DNA from: Mobula hypostoma
Lineage: Eukaryota
Reading direction: 5' to 3'
Assembly (NCBI RefSeq): GCF_963921235.1
Contig: NC_086108.1
Coordinates: 72,418,001-72,482,000 of the forward strand
Length of the DNA stretch: 64,000 bases
Position numbers and translations under genes: made by a program. Positions 12,585 to 24,170 of the stretch are shown here, in pieces. The notes under the pieces are model-generated. The model was given only the letters and a program-made list of their open reading frames with translations, was not told where the DNA came from and did no database searches. The first letter of the stretch is position 1, and every line of letters begins with the position of its first letter.

Positions 12585-13985
12585 CCACTGAGGCAGGTTA
12601 TCACATTGTTCTTGGGCACCGGTATAATTGAAGCCTGCTTGATGTTTGTGGGTACCTCAGATGGCTGGAATGAGAAGTTAAACACATGTGAGAACTTCAG
12701 CCAGTTGATCTGCATAGGTCTTTAGTACCCTACCCGTTACCCCATCTTGACCAGATTCTTTCCATGGATTCATCCTCCTGAAGGATGCTCTCATGTTGGC
12801 TTCAGAGACTGAAATTACAGGGTATTTGGGGGTAATAGGAGATGGTGAAGGTGCCACCATGTCTTCTCAGTTAAAGTGAGGATAAAAGACATTGAGTTCA
12901 TTGAGGAGCGAAACCTTGTAGTCATGTATGCAAACACTAGGAAATCTGCAGATGCTGGAATTTCAAGCAACACACCTAAAAATTACTGGTGAAGGCAGCA
13001 GGCCAGGCAGCGTCTATAGGAAGAGGTACAGTCGACGTTTTGGGCCGAGACCCTTTGTCAGGAAGGGTCTCAGCCCGAAACATTGACTGTACCTCTTCCT
13101 ATAGACGCTGCCTGGCCTGCTGTGTTCACCAGCAAATTTTATGTGTGTTCCTTGTTGTCATGTATGTTGCCTGGTTTTACTTTGGAGGAGGTGATAGCTT
13201 TCAAACCCTGACCCAGCCGTCGAGCATCCTTCAGTGATTCCAGTTTGGTCTGCAGTTGCCACTTTGCATGTGAGATGGCTTTCTGGAGGTTATACCTGGA
13301 CCATTTGTATTTTACTTCATCGCCAAACCTGAACGCCAAGACCTGGCTCTCAGCAGATTGCTCATGTCTTGGTTCATCCAGGGCTTCTGGTTGGGGAAGA
13401 CTAAATGATTTTGTGGGGCACACTCATCCTCAACTGACTTTATAAATCCCATGAGAGCAGCGGTGTATTCATGTAGAACCTCTGAGTCTTTGAACGGGGC
13501 CCAGTCCACTCACTCGAAGCAGTCCTGCCACTTCTTTGCCTCCTGCAACCACCTGTCCGTTGTCCTTACTTTTGGAGTCTTGCTCTTTATCCTCTGCCTG
13601 TGTGCTGTTGGGAGAGGGACAGCTAGATGAGCAGATTTTCTGAAATGCAGTCTATAGACGGAATGGTAGGCATTCCACATGGTAGAATAATGGTAGTGTG
13701 GTATAGCAGTGGTCAAGTGTATTGGGACCCCTGGTGCTGCAGGTGATATGTTGATGATAATTGGGCAGAGGTTTCTTCAAGCAAACCTGATTGAAGTCCC
13801 CGGCAATGATTTGAAAGGCATTGGAGTAGGCTGTTTCTTGTTTGCTTATCGCTGCACTCGATACATTGAGTGCTGGCTGAACATCGGCTTCTAGCTGTAC
13901 GTAAACTGTGGTCATGATCACAGAGGGGAACTCCCTCTGTAAGTAGAATGGATGGCACAATCATTAGATGTTCCAGGTCAGGTTT
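12585..13985 (-). mobile_element. Rex1/Babar-like element, APE endonuclease to RT N-terminus (interrupted at 12931-13149)
   Basis: ORFs give PFYLQREFPSVIMTTVYV...IIAGDFNQ...TRGPNTLDHCYT, FPNQKPWMN and GQDGVTGRVLKTYADQLAEV. Confidence 0.85.
12931..13149. mobile_element. Fold-back PLE-terminus insertion with two head-to-head hammerhead-like half-sites
   Basis: Near-perfect palindrome centred at ~13062. 17-bp direct repeat with 1 mismatch: CCTTGTAGTCATGTATG (12914-12930) / CCTTGTTGTCATGTATG (13150-13166). Confidence 0.85.
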
Positions 13986-15321
13986 GTTAACTTGTTTGGC
14001 TGAAGGGCCAATATCCGTGCTGTTTTGCTACCTAACTTTATGTAAGAACAATTGAACCTAGAGATCCAAAATCACAAATCCTTGGTAAAACTATTAGATC
14101 AGCAGTTAAGTCAGTAGCCATGGGGCACTTGGGTTATAAATAGGACACTGAATGGAAAATCTTAATTATCCTTTGCAAATTTCTCATTATACCATAGTTG
14201 AATTATTAGTTTAAGGACTAATAGCTATACTCCAGGAATGATGTCATAGCCCTTGGGAAGGTGTGACGGGGTTGGGGGGGTGGGGTTTGAGGGGATGTCC
14301 ATACGAAGGTCTTCAATTACTTGTGTACAGAAATTCAATAAGCCAGTATCTTTTTATTTTAGCAAGGCAAAACCTAGCAGGTATGCAAGATTCTATGAGA
14401 TTTTGATGGAGTAAGAAAGGAAAAGCAGCTCAGTAACTTAATTAAAAATAACTAGAACAAAAGGGAAAAATGCGTACGACAAACTTGGGTGGGGCAGTAT
14501 GTGGGGAGAAAAACAGAATTAGCCTTTCAAGCTGACAAAAAATTTTGAAACTGAGGTGTTAACTCCACTTCTCTCTCCAAGGAAGCTGCATGATTTGTTG
14601 AGTAGTTCCACAGTTTCCTGTTCTAACTTTAGATTTTCAGCATCTGAAGGTTCTGCTTTTTAAATTATGGCAACAGTTATAAACCCCAAACAAACTCAGA
14701 GCCACTGGGAATGTTGCAGGTACACCTTTGCAAACATCATGGATGCTGTATTCATAGTCATTGGTGTGAATTAGGATCTCACAGCAATTCTGAAGAGATT
14801 TTTTAAAAATATGAGCACGGGAAAAGCTTTCTCTTTTCACGTTTCAGAGTACATTAAGTAGGCAGAAAGACATCGGCAAGTAATTATCTTCCTAATATTT
14901 CTGATGGGTTAAACTTCAGATTATGCAGACTAAAGCATTTCATTGTTGATTCAGTGTAAGAATAAAAATATTTTCTTCTCATCAGTTGACAATGTGTTTT
15001 TGTTAATGCTGTGAGATTGCTCACTAAATTGCTCCAGGATTGCATGAATTATGAGTGTTTTTGAACAGCATTTTGAATATGGAATGCAAAATAATGAATA
15101 GAGATTTGTTGTAATTATCCTGTCACTATAAAAATAACACGTCAGCCTGGTGACAAATGATTTATTATCCAGATTCTACTTGGCTAAAATATAACTTTGG
15201 GATCTATTGCCAACTATTAAACCAAAGTAAATACCCTCTCAATCATGTGCTAAGACCATGATACTGGCCAGCTTTTCTCTTTTAACAAATAACTGGGATC
15301 TACTTCTCAGCTTTTTCTCTC

Positions 15322-15420
15322 CAGTCCTGCCAAAGGATTTCGGCCTGAAATATCGACTGTACTGTTTTCCTAAATGCTGCTTGACCTGCTGAGTTCCTCT
15401 GTCATTTTGTGTGTGTTACT
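15322..15420 (+). mobile_element. PLE 3'-terminal module (decayed hammerhead-like motif)
   Basis: CAGTCCTGCCAAAGGATTTCGGCCTGAAATATCGACTG followed by ATGCTGCTTGACCTGCTGAGTTCCTC..TTTTGTGTGTGTT. Confidence 0.7.
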
Positions 15421-15699
15421 AACAGGTTCTATCTGTCTTTGGTCCACTAGATAGACCTGGTACTTTTATACCAAGAAGTGCTGAATGATTCTATGGTACA
15501 TTGTTCTACCCCTACAATCACCTTGTTGCAAAAGATAATATTGTTTTTAAAAACTCAAATTTATTTCATGTTTTTTTGATGTGTCTGAATTTAATCTTTA
15601 CAGACTATTGGCAATTAATCTAATGCATGTTGCTGACATTTATATTTTCAAGTAAGTAAGCAGCTAGTAAACTGCAAGCTTCATGTTAGTGCTGAGGAA

Positions 15700-16595
15700 A
15701 CTATTGATGAAAAGTTTTAAGAGATAGGATTTACATACATCTGAAAAGGCAGCAGCTTATCAGGGATAGTTAGCATGGCCTCGTGCGGTAAAGAGTGCCT
15801 CACTAATTTGCTTGAGTTTTTTGATGAGTTGATTAAGAAAATTAATTAAGGCAAAGATGTAGACATTGTTTATATTGATTTTAGTATGGGATTTGACAAA
15901 GTCCCAGGTGGTAGATGATTAATAGCTGATAGATGTTTAACCCAGGAGGTTAAGGCACATGGGATCCAACATAGTTTTGGTGATAGAGGACAGTGGCAGA
16001 AGAATGCTTTTCTGATTGGAAGTCTGACCAGTGATATACTGCAACATTCATTGCTGGGAGTCGTGTAATTTGAGATTTATATTAATGACCTGGGTGTAAA
16101 TGTGCAACGTATGAATAATGTGTGGGTGACATGGAAAATGGTGTTGGTGTGGATAGGAAAAAAGTTCTCTAGGTCTATTTGGGCAGAGTTTTGCCAGAAG
16201 GGATTTAATTCTGGCAAGTGCGAGATAATAAATTTCAAGAAATCAAGCAGTGTTAAGACTTATGCAGTATACAATAGGGTGTTGATGAAGAAAGTAACAT
16301 TAGGGTTCTGGTCCATAGTAACCTATGAAATCCAACAATCGTAGATGAGATGGTGAAGAAAGCCTATGACATGTTTGCCCTCATGGGTAGGGGCATAAAA
16401 TATAAAAGCTGCAGTGTAATGTTTTCAGAAACTTTGGTTAGAACGCACTTAGGCTATTATGTGAAATTCTGGTTGTTAAATGATAGGAGGGATGTGATTG
16501 CACCAGAGAGGGTACAGAGGAGATTCACCTAGACGTTGGAGGACTGTAAGTTATGAGGAGAGATCGAATAGTTATGGAATGAAGAAGTGAGGTGA
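15700..16595 (+). mobile_element. Old CR1 LINE RT/3' fragment
   Basis: CLTNLLEFF-like and VYIDFS..FDKVP codons. ORF 16350: VKKAYDMF..GRGIKYKS..LVRTHLGYYVKFW..ERVQRRFT. Confidence 0.8.
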
Positions 16596-16823
16596 GGGTT
16601 ACTGCATCCTCCAGCCCTTGAAACTTTTGGAATCCCATTATCCTTTGAGTGAAAAATATTTTTTTTGTCAATTTTCCTATAATGGGTCCACCAATTAACT
16701 GAAACTTGTACTACTACATGCAGACATTTTCTGCCATCTCCCTTTTTGTGGCCTGTCGTAATTTTGTACTCCTTAATCAAATGCCTCATCACTCTCCTTC
16801 ATTCCAAAACAGTAATGTACCCA

Positions 16824-16958
16824 CTAACATGAGAAAATCTGCAGATACTAAAAGTCCTAGCAATACACACAAAATCAGGGCCAAAGCTTCAACTGTGTAC
16901 TCTTTTCCATAGATGCTGCCTGGCCTTCTGAGTTCTTCCAGCAATATGTGCGTGTTGC
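16824..16958. mobile_element. Short fold-back PLE-terminus insertion
   Basis: Inverted 3' module joined to a forward module. Flanks CAGTAATGTACCCA (16810-16823) / CAGTAACATACCCA (16959-16972). Confidence 0.75.
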
Positions 16959-17119
16959 CAGTAACATACCCAGGCTGGTCAGCCTCTCCTAATAATGATG
17001 ATTCTCCAGCTGTGGTAACACTACCATCTCTACCACTATATCACCTGCGTTCTATATATTCTGTACCTTCCCAAGTAAGTATTTCACTATATCTACCCAA
17101 ACCACTCATTTCAAAATTG

Positions 17120-17850
17120 AGAAATAGAAACAGGAGTAGACCATTCAGCCCGTCATGCTGATTCTGGCATTGAGTAAGATGACTGTTGGTCATTTACCGT
17201 GCTTCTTGCTGCACCAATCCAATATTCTTTCATTTCTTTAATACATTTAATTTTATCTTGAAAATAGCAACTGACCATCTGAGCTGTCACGAGAAAACCA
17301 ATAATTCACTGTTCACAGGGTGACAAGCTTTATTTTTATCCCTGTCCTTATTTAAAGAGTGCGATCCTTGTTTTTAGCACTTTAACCAGGGGAAATGTTA
17401 TCTCAGCTTTGGCTTTCTACAAACCCAGAAGAAATTTGTTTCAAGGAAAACAAAATCTCTTGTTCTTCTAAACTCAAGAGAATACAAGTCCGGCCTGCTT
17501 CATCTCATCAGGATCAATCTGATGAACTTTTGCTACACTCCCTCATTGAGATGAATGGAGATCAGATATGCGTACGATTTTCCACATGTGGTTCCATCTG
17601 GATCCAGTATAATTGCAGTCAAATGTTGCTGCTCTTGTACTCATTAGCCCTTTTGCTTAATGTATTTGCATAATACGTTTCAGCACATGGACAACCAGGC
17701 TTCTGAAAACCAATACCTTTCAACTTCTTGTTAAAAGAAAACACCTTCCTATTTTGTCTGACAAAGTAGATAACATCTTTTTTTAATGTTATATTCCATT
17801 AATCATGTTCTCATTCCTTTACCCAGTTGGTCTACGTCATCCTGACTATC
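17120..17850 (-). mobile_element. Ancient CR1 LINE 3' fragment
   Basis: Starts with the CR1 3'-tail complement GAAATAGAAACAGGAGTAGACCATTCAGCCC, followed by degenerate RT-like sequence. Confidence 0.55.
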
Positions 17851-17894
17851 GCATCATTGGAAAGCACAACACTACTCGATTTTTGTAAATATTC

Positions 17895-18070
17895 TTCTGG
17901 TTCACTAATGTTGTTCAAGGAAAGAACTCTGCCATCTCCGTCTGATCTGGCCCATCTGTGACTCCACATCCACCAATACAATTGGCTCATAAATGCATCC
18001 CGAATTCAGGGACAATCAGGAATTGAAAATAAATGTTTGCATTGCCAGTGGTGTACACATATCTTAAAGA
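17895..18070 (+). mobile_element. SINE-like repeat fragment, family uncertain
   Basis: CTGGTTCACTAATG..AGGAAAGAACTCTGCC..TCTGGCCCATCTGTGACTCCA..AATAAATG..TTGCCAGTG and an A-rich end resemble a SINE body and tail. Confidence 0.45.
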
Positions 18071-18530
18071 AAAAATAATAGCAATTGGTAATATCCAGAT
18101 CACTTTAATGATTTGATTTAAAGACAAAAGCATGCAGGGTATTAGGAATAATCTTCCTGCTTTATGAAAGCGTGCAATGGGATCTTTGACAGGGCTGGAG
18201 GTTAATAATCACACCTGTAGGGCATCACCTCTCAGATTGCACTCCCTTGTTGTTACATTGAAGTGCCAACCTTGACGTTTGGAGACAGAAGAGCTCATAT
18301 TTGTGGGAGGAACTTAACAACCCAGCACTGATGAAGGGTCTCAGCCCAAATTGACGACTGTTTACTCTTTTCCATAAGATGCTGCCCAGCCTGCTAAGTT
18401 CTTCCAGCGTCTTGTGTGTATTACTTTGACTTTCAGCATCTGCAGATTTTCTCGTTTGTAATATTTGTGGGCCACAGTTGCCATCTAGACATTGCTTTTA
18501 ACGTGGATGGCACTAAGCCAGAGCTATTCA
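18070..18530 (-). mobile_element. DeuSINE-like fragment (interrupted at 18308-18460)
   Basis: GTGCAATGGGATCTTT..GGCATCACCTC..TGCACTCCCT is the reverse complement of the motifs seen at 9820-10112. Confidence 0.45.
18308..18460 (+). mobile_element. PLE-terminus insertion with short 5' inversion
   Basis: CTGATGA at 18328-18334 followed by AGGGTCTCAGCCC. Perfect 11-bp direct repeat ATATTTGTGGG at 18297-18307 and 18461-18471. Confidence 0.8.
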
Positions 18531-19599
18531 GATTAGCATCTAGCCATATCTCAAATTACTTAAGTGGACATAGACAGTAAAGTGAACACTAAAGCTTAGA
18601 AATGGGACTTCTTTGAACAAGCTTTTGTGTATAAGTTTTGTCTGATAATGAATTTTAGTGGGTAAATTACACTACTTTTCTTTGGGGTTCAATTAATGTT
18701 CATTAAGACATTTGCACAATCACTCACTCCGGCACATGGTTGTTCTGAATGCAACTGATGATTGCCCAGTGCCAGTTGTACAGCTTGTATCATCAGCATG
18801 TGTTAGTATTTTTACAATTACCAAATTTGTGCATGGAGATTTAACTTGTGCTCTTTTTCTATGAGGCACAGTTACGCAAGGAGCGAACCTTGTAAAGCAT
18901 CGCAAATTAAAGTATATCCATTGTGACATTAGTGTTTAGCTGTCAGCCTTTTCTAGATTTAGTTTTGATTGGTCAGTATATATTCAGTGGCTTTAATGAC
19001 TGCTGCCGACACCCCCCCACCACCCCCCAGCAAGGCTGTGTGGAGCCATTGACCGCATGGAACTAGATCAGGATATTTGAGAACTTCAGAAATTTATGCT
19101 CTCCACCTTCGTTGTCTGGCATGGAGAAAGGTGGTACTGACTTTTGTGCATGCGTCGTTGCACAATGTTTATTTTTGTCCAGTTTTGTGAATTTTTTGAT
19201 GCAGATCTACATGGGCATTGGCACTGTACAACAAATGTCCGATTTGTCTTGAAATCTATCCACTGCTTCTTAATTATATTTCATGATTGTTTCCACGTGA
19301 AGAGTTTCTTATTATAGTCCTGAATGTCCTACCCTCTATCCTGAGAATGGCCACTTGTTTCTGACCCAACTCTCTCTTTCCCCTCTAACCTTCACCCCCC
19401 TCAGAGTGGGGGATACATCCTTCTTACACCCACCTCTTGAGCCAGATCATTTCCAGGTATATAAGATATACTTCAATGATGTCGCCTCTCATTTTTTCTA
19501 AACCACAGAAAATACAGGTACATTTGCCTAAACTTCTTTTTGTGCAGTACTTCCATCATTTCAGGAATCAGTTTGAATCTTCACAGAAATAGAAATGAA

Positions 19600-22500
19600 A
19601 GAAGTCAGCAAGTAAGCAGCATCTGTGGGAAGAGAAACCAGTGTGTGTTCTTCATGCTGGATATTGGAGTCCTGGGAGACCATGAGTCTTCCATGGAACT
19701 ACATCTGCGTGAAGTGCATCCTGCTGCAGCTCCTTGAAGACCGTATTAGGGATCTGGAGCAGCAGCTAGATGACCTTTGGCTGGTGGGGGAGATCATTGA
19801 TTGGAGTGGCAAGGAAATGGTCACCACTAAGGTGCTGGAGGCAGGTAGCTGGGTGACTGCCAGGGGAAGGAATGGGAAGGTGAATAGGCAGTTAGTGTAC
19901 AGCAAACCTGAGGCTATTCCCCTCAATAAGTGTACTGTTGTGGGGGATGACCTCCCAGGGGACTGCCATGGAGACCAGGGGACTCGATAGTTGGAGGAAC
20001 AGACAGGAGATTCTATGGACATGAATGGTACACCCAGATAATATGTTGCCTCCAAGCTGCCAGGGTCAAGGATGTATTGGATCGCATCCAAAGAATTTTG
20101 GAGGGGAAGGGAGAGCAGCTTATTAATACCAATCATATAGGAAGGAAAAGCAAAGAAATCCTGAAGAGAGAATTTAGAGAGCTGGGCAGAAAGCTGTGAA
20201 GCAGGACATCCAGGGTAGTAATTTTTGGTTTGCTACCTTGCCGCATGCCAGTGAGGGTAGAAACAGGATGAGTTAGTTGATAAATGCTTGGCAGAGAAGC
20301 TGCTACAGGGGACAGAGCTTCAGGTTCTTGGTTCATTGGGATCTCTTCTGAGGGAGGTATGACCCATACAAAAGGGATAGGTTGCACCTGGACCCGAGGG
20401 GACCAATACTCTTGCGGGCAGTTTTCTTGGAGCTGTTGGATAGGGGTTAAACTAATTTGGCGGGGGATGGGTATAGGTGTGTAGGTACAGAGGATAGGAC
20501 TAATGGTAAAAAGGCAAAGATAGTGTGCGGTCAGACTGTCAGGAAGTGCAGGCAGATGATAGGACAAAATTGCAGCCAGCAGGGTGAGTATCAGCGCATT
20601 AGAGATTCAGAATTCAAAAAAGATAGCAAAAATAATATGCATGGAATATAAGAAATAAGGTGGATGATCTTGTTTCACTATTACGGATTTGCCAGGTATG
20701 ATGTTGTGGCCATCACTGAATCGTGGCTGAAGGATGGTTGTAGTTGGGAGCTGAATGTCCAAGGTTACACGTTGCATTAGAGGGATAGGAAGGTAGGCAG
20801 AGGGCGTGGTGTAACTCTGCAGGTAAAGAATGGCATCAATCATTAGAAAGATGTGACATAGGATTGGAAGATGTTGAATCTTTGTGGGTTGAGCTAAGAA
20901 ACTGCAAGTGTAAAAGGATCCTGATGGCAGTTATATACAGGCCCCTCCAAGCAATAGCTGAGATGTGCATTGCAGATTACAATGGGAAATAGAAAAGGCA
21001 TGTCAAAAGGGCAATGTTATGATGGTCATGGGAGATTTTAACATGCAGGTAGATTGGGGAAAATCAGGTTGGAAATGGAATCCAAGAGAGTGAATTTGTT
21101 GAATGCCTACAAGGTGGCTTTTTAGATCAGTTGTCATTGAGCCTACTAGTGGATCAGCTGTATTGGATTTGGTGTTATGTAATGAACCAGAGTTGATTAG
21201 GGAACTTAAGGTAAAGGAACCCTTCGGAGGCAGTGATCACAACATGATTGAGTGCAACTTGAAATTTGATAGGGAGAAAGTAAAATCTGATCTTAGCAGT
21301 ATTTTAGTGGTGTAAAAGAAATTACAGTGGTACGAGAGAAGAGTTGGCCAAAGTAAATTGGAAGGAGATGCTGGTGGGAATGACAGCCGAGCAGCAATGG
21401 TGATGGTTTTTGGGAAAAAATGAGGAAGGTGCACGATAGATGTATTCCAAAAACAAAGAAATACTCAAATGGCAAAGTAGTACAACTCTGACTGACACGG
21501 GAAATCAAAGCAAATGTAAAAGCAAAAGAGGGCATACAACAAAGCAAAAACTGGCAGGAAGATAGAGGACTGGAAGCTTTTAAAAACCTATAGAAAACAA
21601 CTAAAAGAATCAATGGAAGGGAAAAGATGAAACATGAAAGCAACCGAGCAAACAATATCAAGATGGATTTAAAAAGCTTTTTCAGGTATATAAAAAAAAG
21701 AGATGAGAGTAGATATAGGACTGCTAGAAAATGAGGCCAGAAAATAATAACAGGGGACAAGGAGGTGACACATGAACTAAATGAGTATTTTGCCGCAGTC
21801 TTCACTGTGAAAGACACTTAGCAGTGTGCCAGGTGTTGAAGGGTGTGAGGAAAGAGAAGTGAGTGCAGTTACTATTACAAAGGAGAAGGTGCTCAAAAAG
21901 CTGAAAGACCTAAAGGTGCATAAGCCACCTGGACCTGATGAACTGAACCCTAGGTTTCTGAAAAAGGTAGTGGTAGAGAATATGGAGGCATTTGTAATAA
22001 TCTTTCAAGAATCATTGGACTCTGACATGGTGCCAGTGGACTGGAAAATTGCAAATGTCACTCCATTCTTTATAAAAGGAGGGAGGCAGCAGAAAGGAAA
22101 CTATAGACCAGTTAGCCTGGTCTCAGGGATGGGAAGATGTTGGAATCAATTGTTAAGGATAAGGTTTTGGAGTTCTTGGCAACACAGGATAAGATTGGAC
22201 AAAGTCAGCATGATTTCCTCAAGGGAAAGCCTTGTTTGATGAACCTGTTAGAAATCTTTGAGGAGATTACAAGTAGGGTAGATAAAGGGGATGCAGTGGA
22301 TGTTGTATATTTGGATCTTCAGAATTCGTTTGACAAGGTGCCATACATGAGACTGCTTACCAAGTTAAGAGCCCATGGTATTACAGGGAAGTTACTAGCA
22401 TGGTTAGAGCATTGGCTAATTGGTAGGAGGCAGCGAATGGGAATAAAAGGATCCTTTACCGGTTGGCTGCCAGTGACTAGTGATCTTCCGCAGGGGTTGT

Positions 22501-23247
22501 TGTTGCGACCACGTCTTTTTATGTTGTATATCAATGATTTAGATGATGGAATAGATGGCTTTGCTGTCAAGTTGCAGATGATACGAAGATTGGTGGAAGG
22601 GCAGGTAGTGTTGAGGAAACAGGAAGGCTGTAGAGGGACTTAGATAAGGAGAATGGGCAAGAAAGTGGCAAATGAAATATAATGTTGGAGAATGTATGGT
22701 CATGCACTTTGGTAGTAGAAATGAATGTGCAGACTGCTTTCTAAATGTGGAGAAAATCCAAAAATCTGAGATGCAAAGGGACTTGGGAGTCCTTGTGCAG
22801 AACACCCTAAAGGTAAACTTGGAGGTTGAGTCGGTGGTGAGGAAGGCAAATACCATGCTGGCGTTCATTTCAAGAGGTCTAGAATATAAGAGCAGGGATA
22901 TGATGCTGTGGCTTTATATGGCACTGGTGAGGGAGTCTAGGACAAGAGGGCACAGTCTCAGGATAGAGGGGCATCCATTAAAATAGAGATGTGGAGAAAT
23001 TTCTTTAGCCAGAGGGTGGTGAATTTGTAGAATTTGTTACCACAGACAGTTGTGAAGGCCAGGTCATTGGGTATATTTAAGGTGGAGATTGATAAGTTCC
23101 TGACTGGCCATGGCATCAAATGTTATGGGGGAAGGCCGGGGAGTGAGGCTGAGGAGGAGAAAAGAAGGATTAGCCTTGATTGAATGGTGGAGCTGACTCG
23201 ATGGGCCAAATGGCCTATTTCTGCTCCTACGTCTTGTGGTCATATGG
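19600..23247 (+). mobile_element. Near-full-length CR1 LINE, inactivated (ORF1 Zn-finger/coiled-coil/esterase; ORF2 EN-RT)
   Basis: ORF1: CSSC..YICVKC..LEDRIRDLEQQLDDL. EN: LDLVLCNEP..GGSDHNMI. RT: PGPDELNPR, WKIANVTP, NYRPVSL, VYLDLQNSFDKVP, FMLYINDLDDG. 3' tail GATGGGCCAAATGGCCTATTTCTGCTCCT. Many frameshifts and an internal deletion at ~22931. Confidence 0.93.
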
Positions 23248-23259
23248 GCTCTTCTTCAG

Positions 23260-23755
23260 AACTACTGTAACTTTTCTGTTTATGTGAAGATTTCAGCAGC
23301 TTTGTTTTCCATTATTGTGGAATCTCAATTGCCCTCCATTTTTCTTAGCTAGTACAGCCAGAACTGTACAGTGTTCTACAGTGACCCAGTATAATTGCAG
23401 TAAGATGTCCTCCCTCCTAAATATAAAAGCTCTTACAATGAAGCCCAGCGATTCACTTAACTTAATTGGCTGCTGTACCAACGTGTTTGCTCTATATCAC
23501 TGGTGTACATGAGCACATTAAGATCTCTTTGTGCATCAATATCTCCTAAAGCATCAATTTTATCATATTTTATCTTACTATTTTCTGTACAAAACTGAAT
23601 AGTTTCACATTAATCAATTCTGTACTGTACCTGCTCTGTGCCCACTAACACAGCCTATCCTAAGTCACTTTGAAGCCTGTTTGCATCCTCTTCACAATTC
23701 AAAATTATGCACAATTTTGTGTCAGTGGTAAACTTCATTATATGTACTCCAGATC
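23260..23755 (-). mobile_element. Ancient CR1 fragment (probably continuous with a remnant at ~19240-19590)
   Basis: ORF 23293(-): LGFIVRAFIFRREDILLQLY..EHC. Confidence 0.55.
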
Positions 23756-23969
23756 ACTGGCCAATCAAAAGAAGGCTAATTTGGTTTCAAGTTGGAGAAT
23801 TTCAGATTCTATTGCCTGTACATCTTTTTGAAGTTTTCTTGTGAAACTTCATGCAGGTCGTGATCTGTATAATTCTACACAAAAAGAGCCTTATTTCTCT
23901 TTGTGATATTTACAAAAAAATAAAACCATGACTTTTGGATGTTCTGACAAATAAAGGATACTTTGTCAT

Positions 23970-24170
23970 TATTTTACAACTTTCATGAATTGGCACTAAT
24001 CCTCCTGCAGGATGGTTACGTAATTCAGAGGGGTTGTCACTGTGATAATGTAGGCATTGAGGCAGCCATTATGCCCACTCAAGTTCCACAAACAGTAGTG
24101 TGATAATGACCAGATAATCCATTTTAATGCTGTTAGCTGAGGGAAGGATATTGTTGACCATCACTCTGGA
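23970..24170 (-). mobile_element. DeuSINE-like central (Deu) domain
   Basis: GTCACTGTGATAATGTAGG..GGCAGCCA..TTCCACAAACAGTAGTGTGATAATGACCAGATAAT..GCTGAGGGA. Confidence 0.65.

Noticed and set aside
12330..12585. Higher-GC unique-looking segment between Rex1-like pieces
   Set aside because: No recognisable motif or splice pair. Probably an unrecognised TE fragment, but I cannot support a call.
12931..13149. Interpreting the palindromic short repeats as MITEs or miRNA hairpins
   Set aside because: The arms are asymmetric, junctions differ per copy, TSD length varies from 11 to 17 bp, and the sequence matches the 3' end of a GIY-YIG retroelement at 59348-59510.
14268..14295. G-rich run as a functional G-quadruplex
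   Set aside because: It lies within decayed CR1-like sequence and is more simply a homopolymer expansion.
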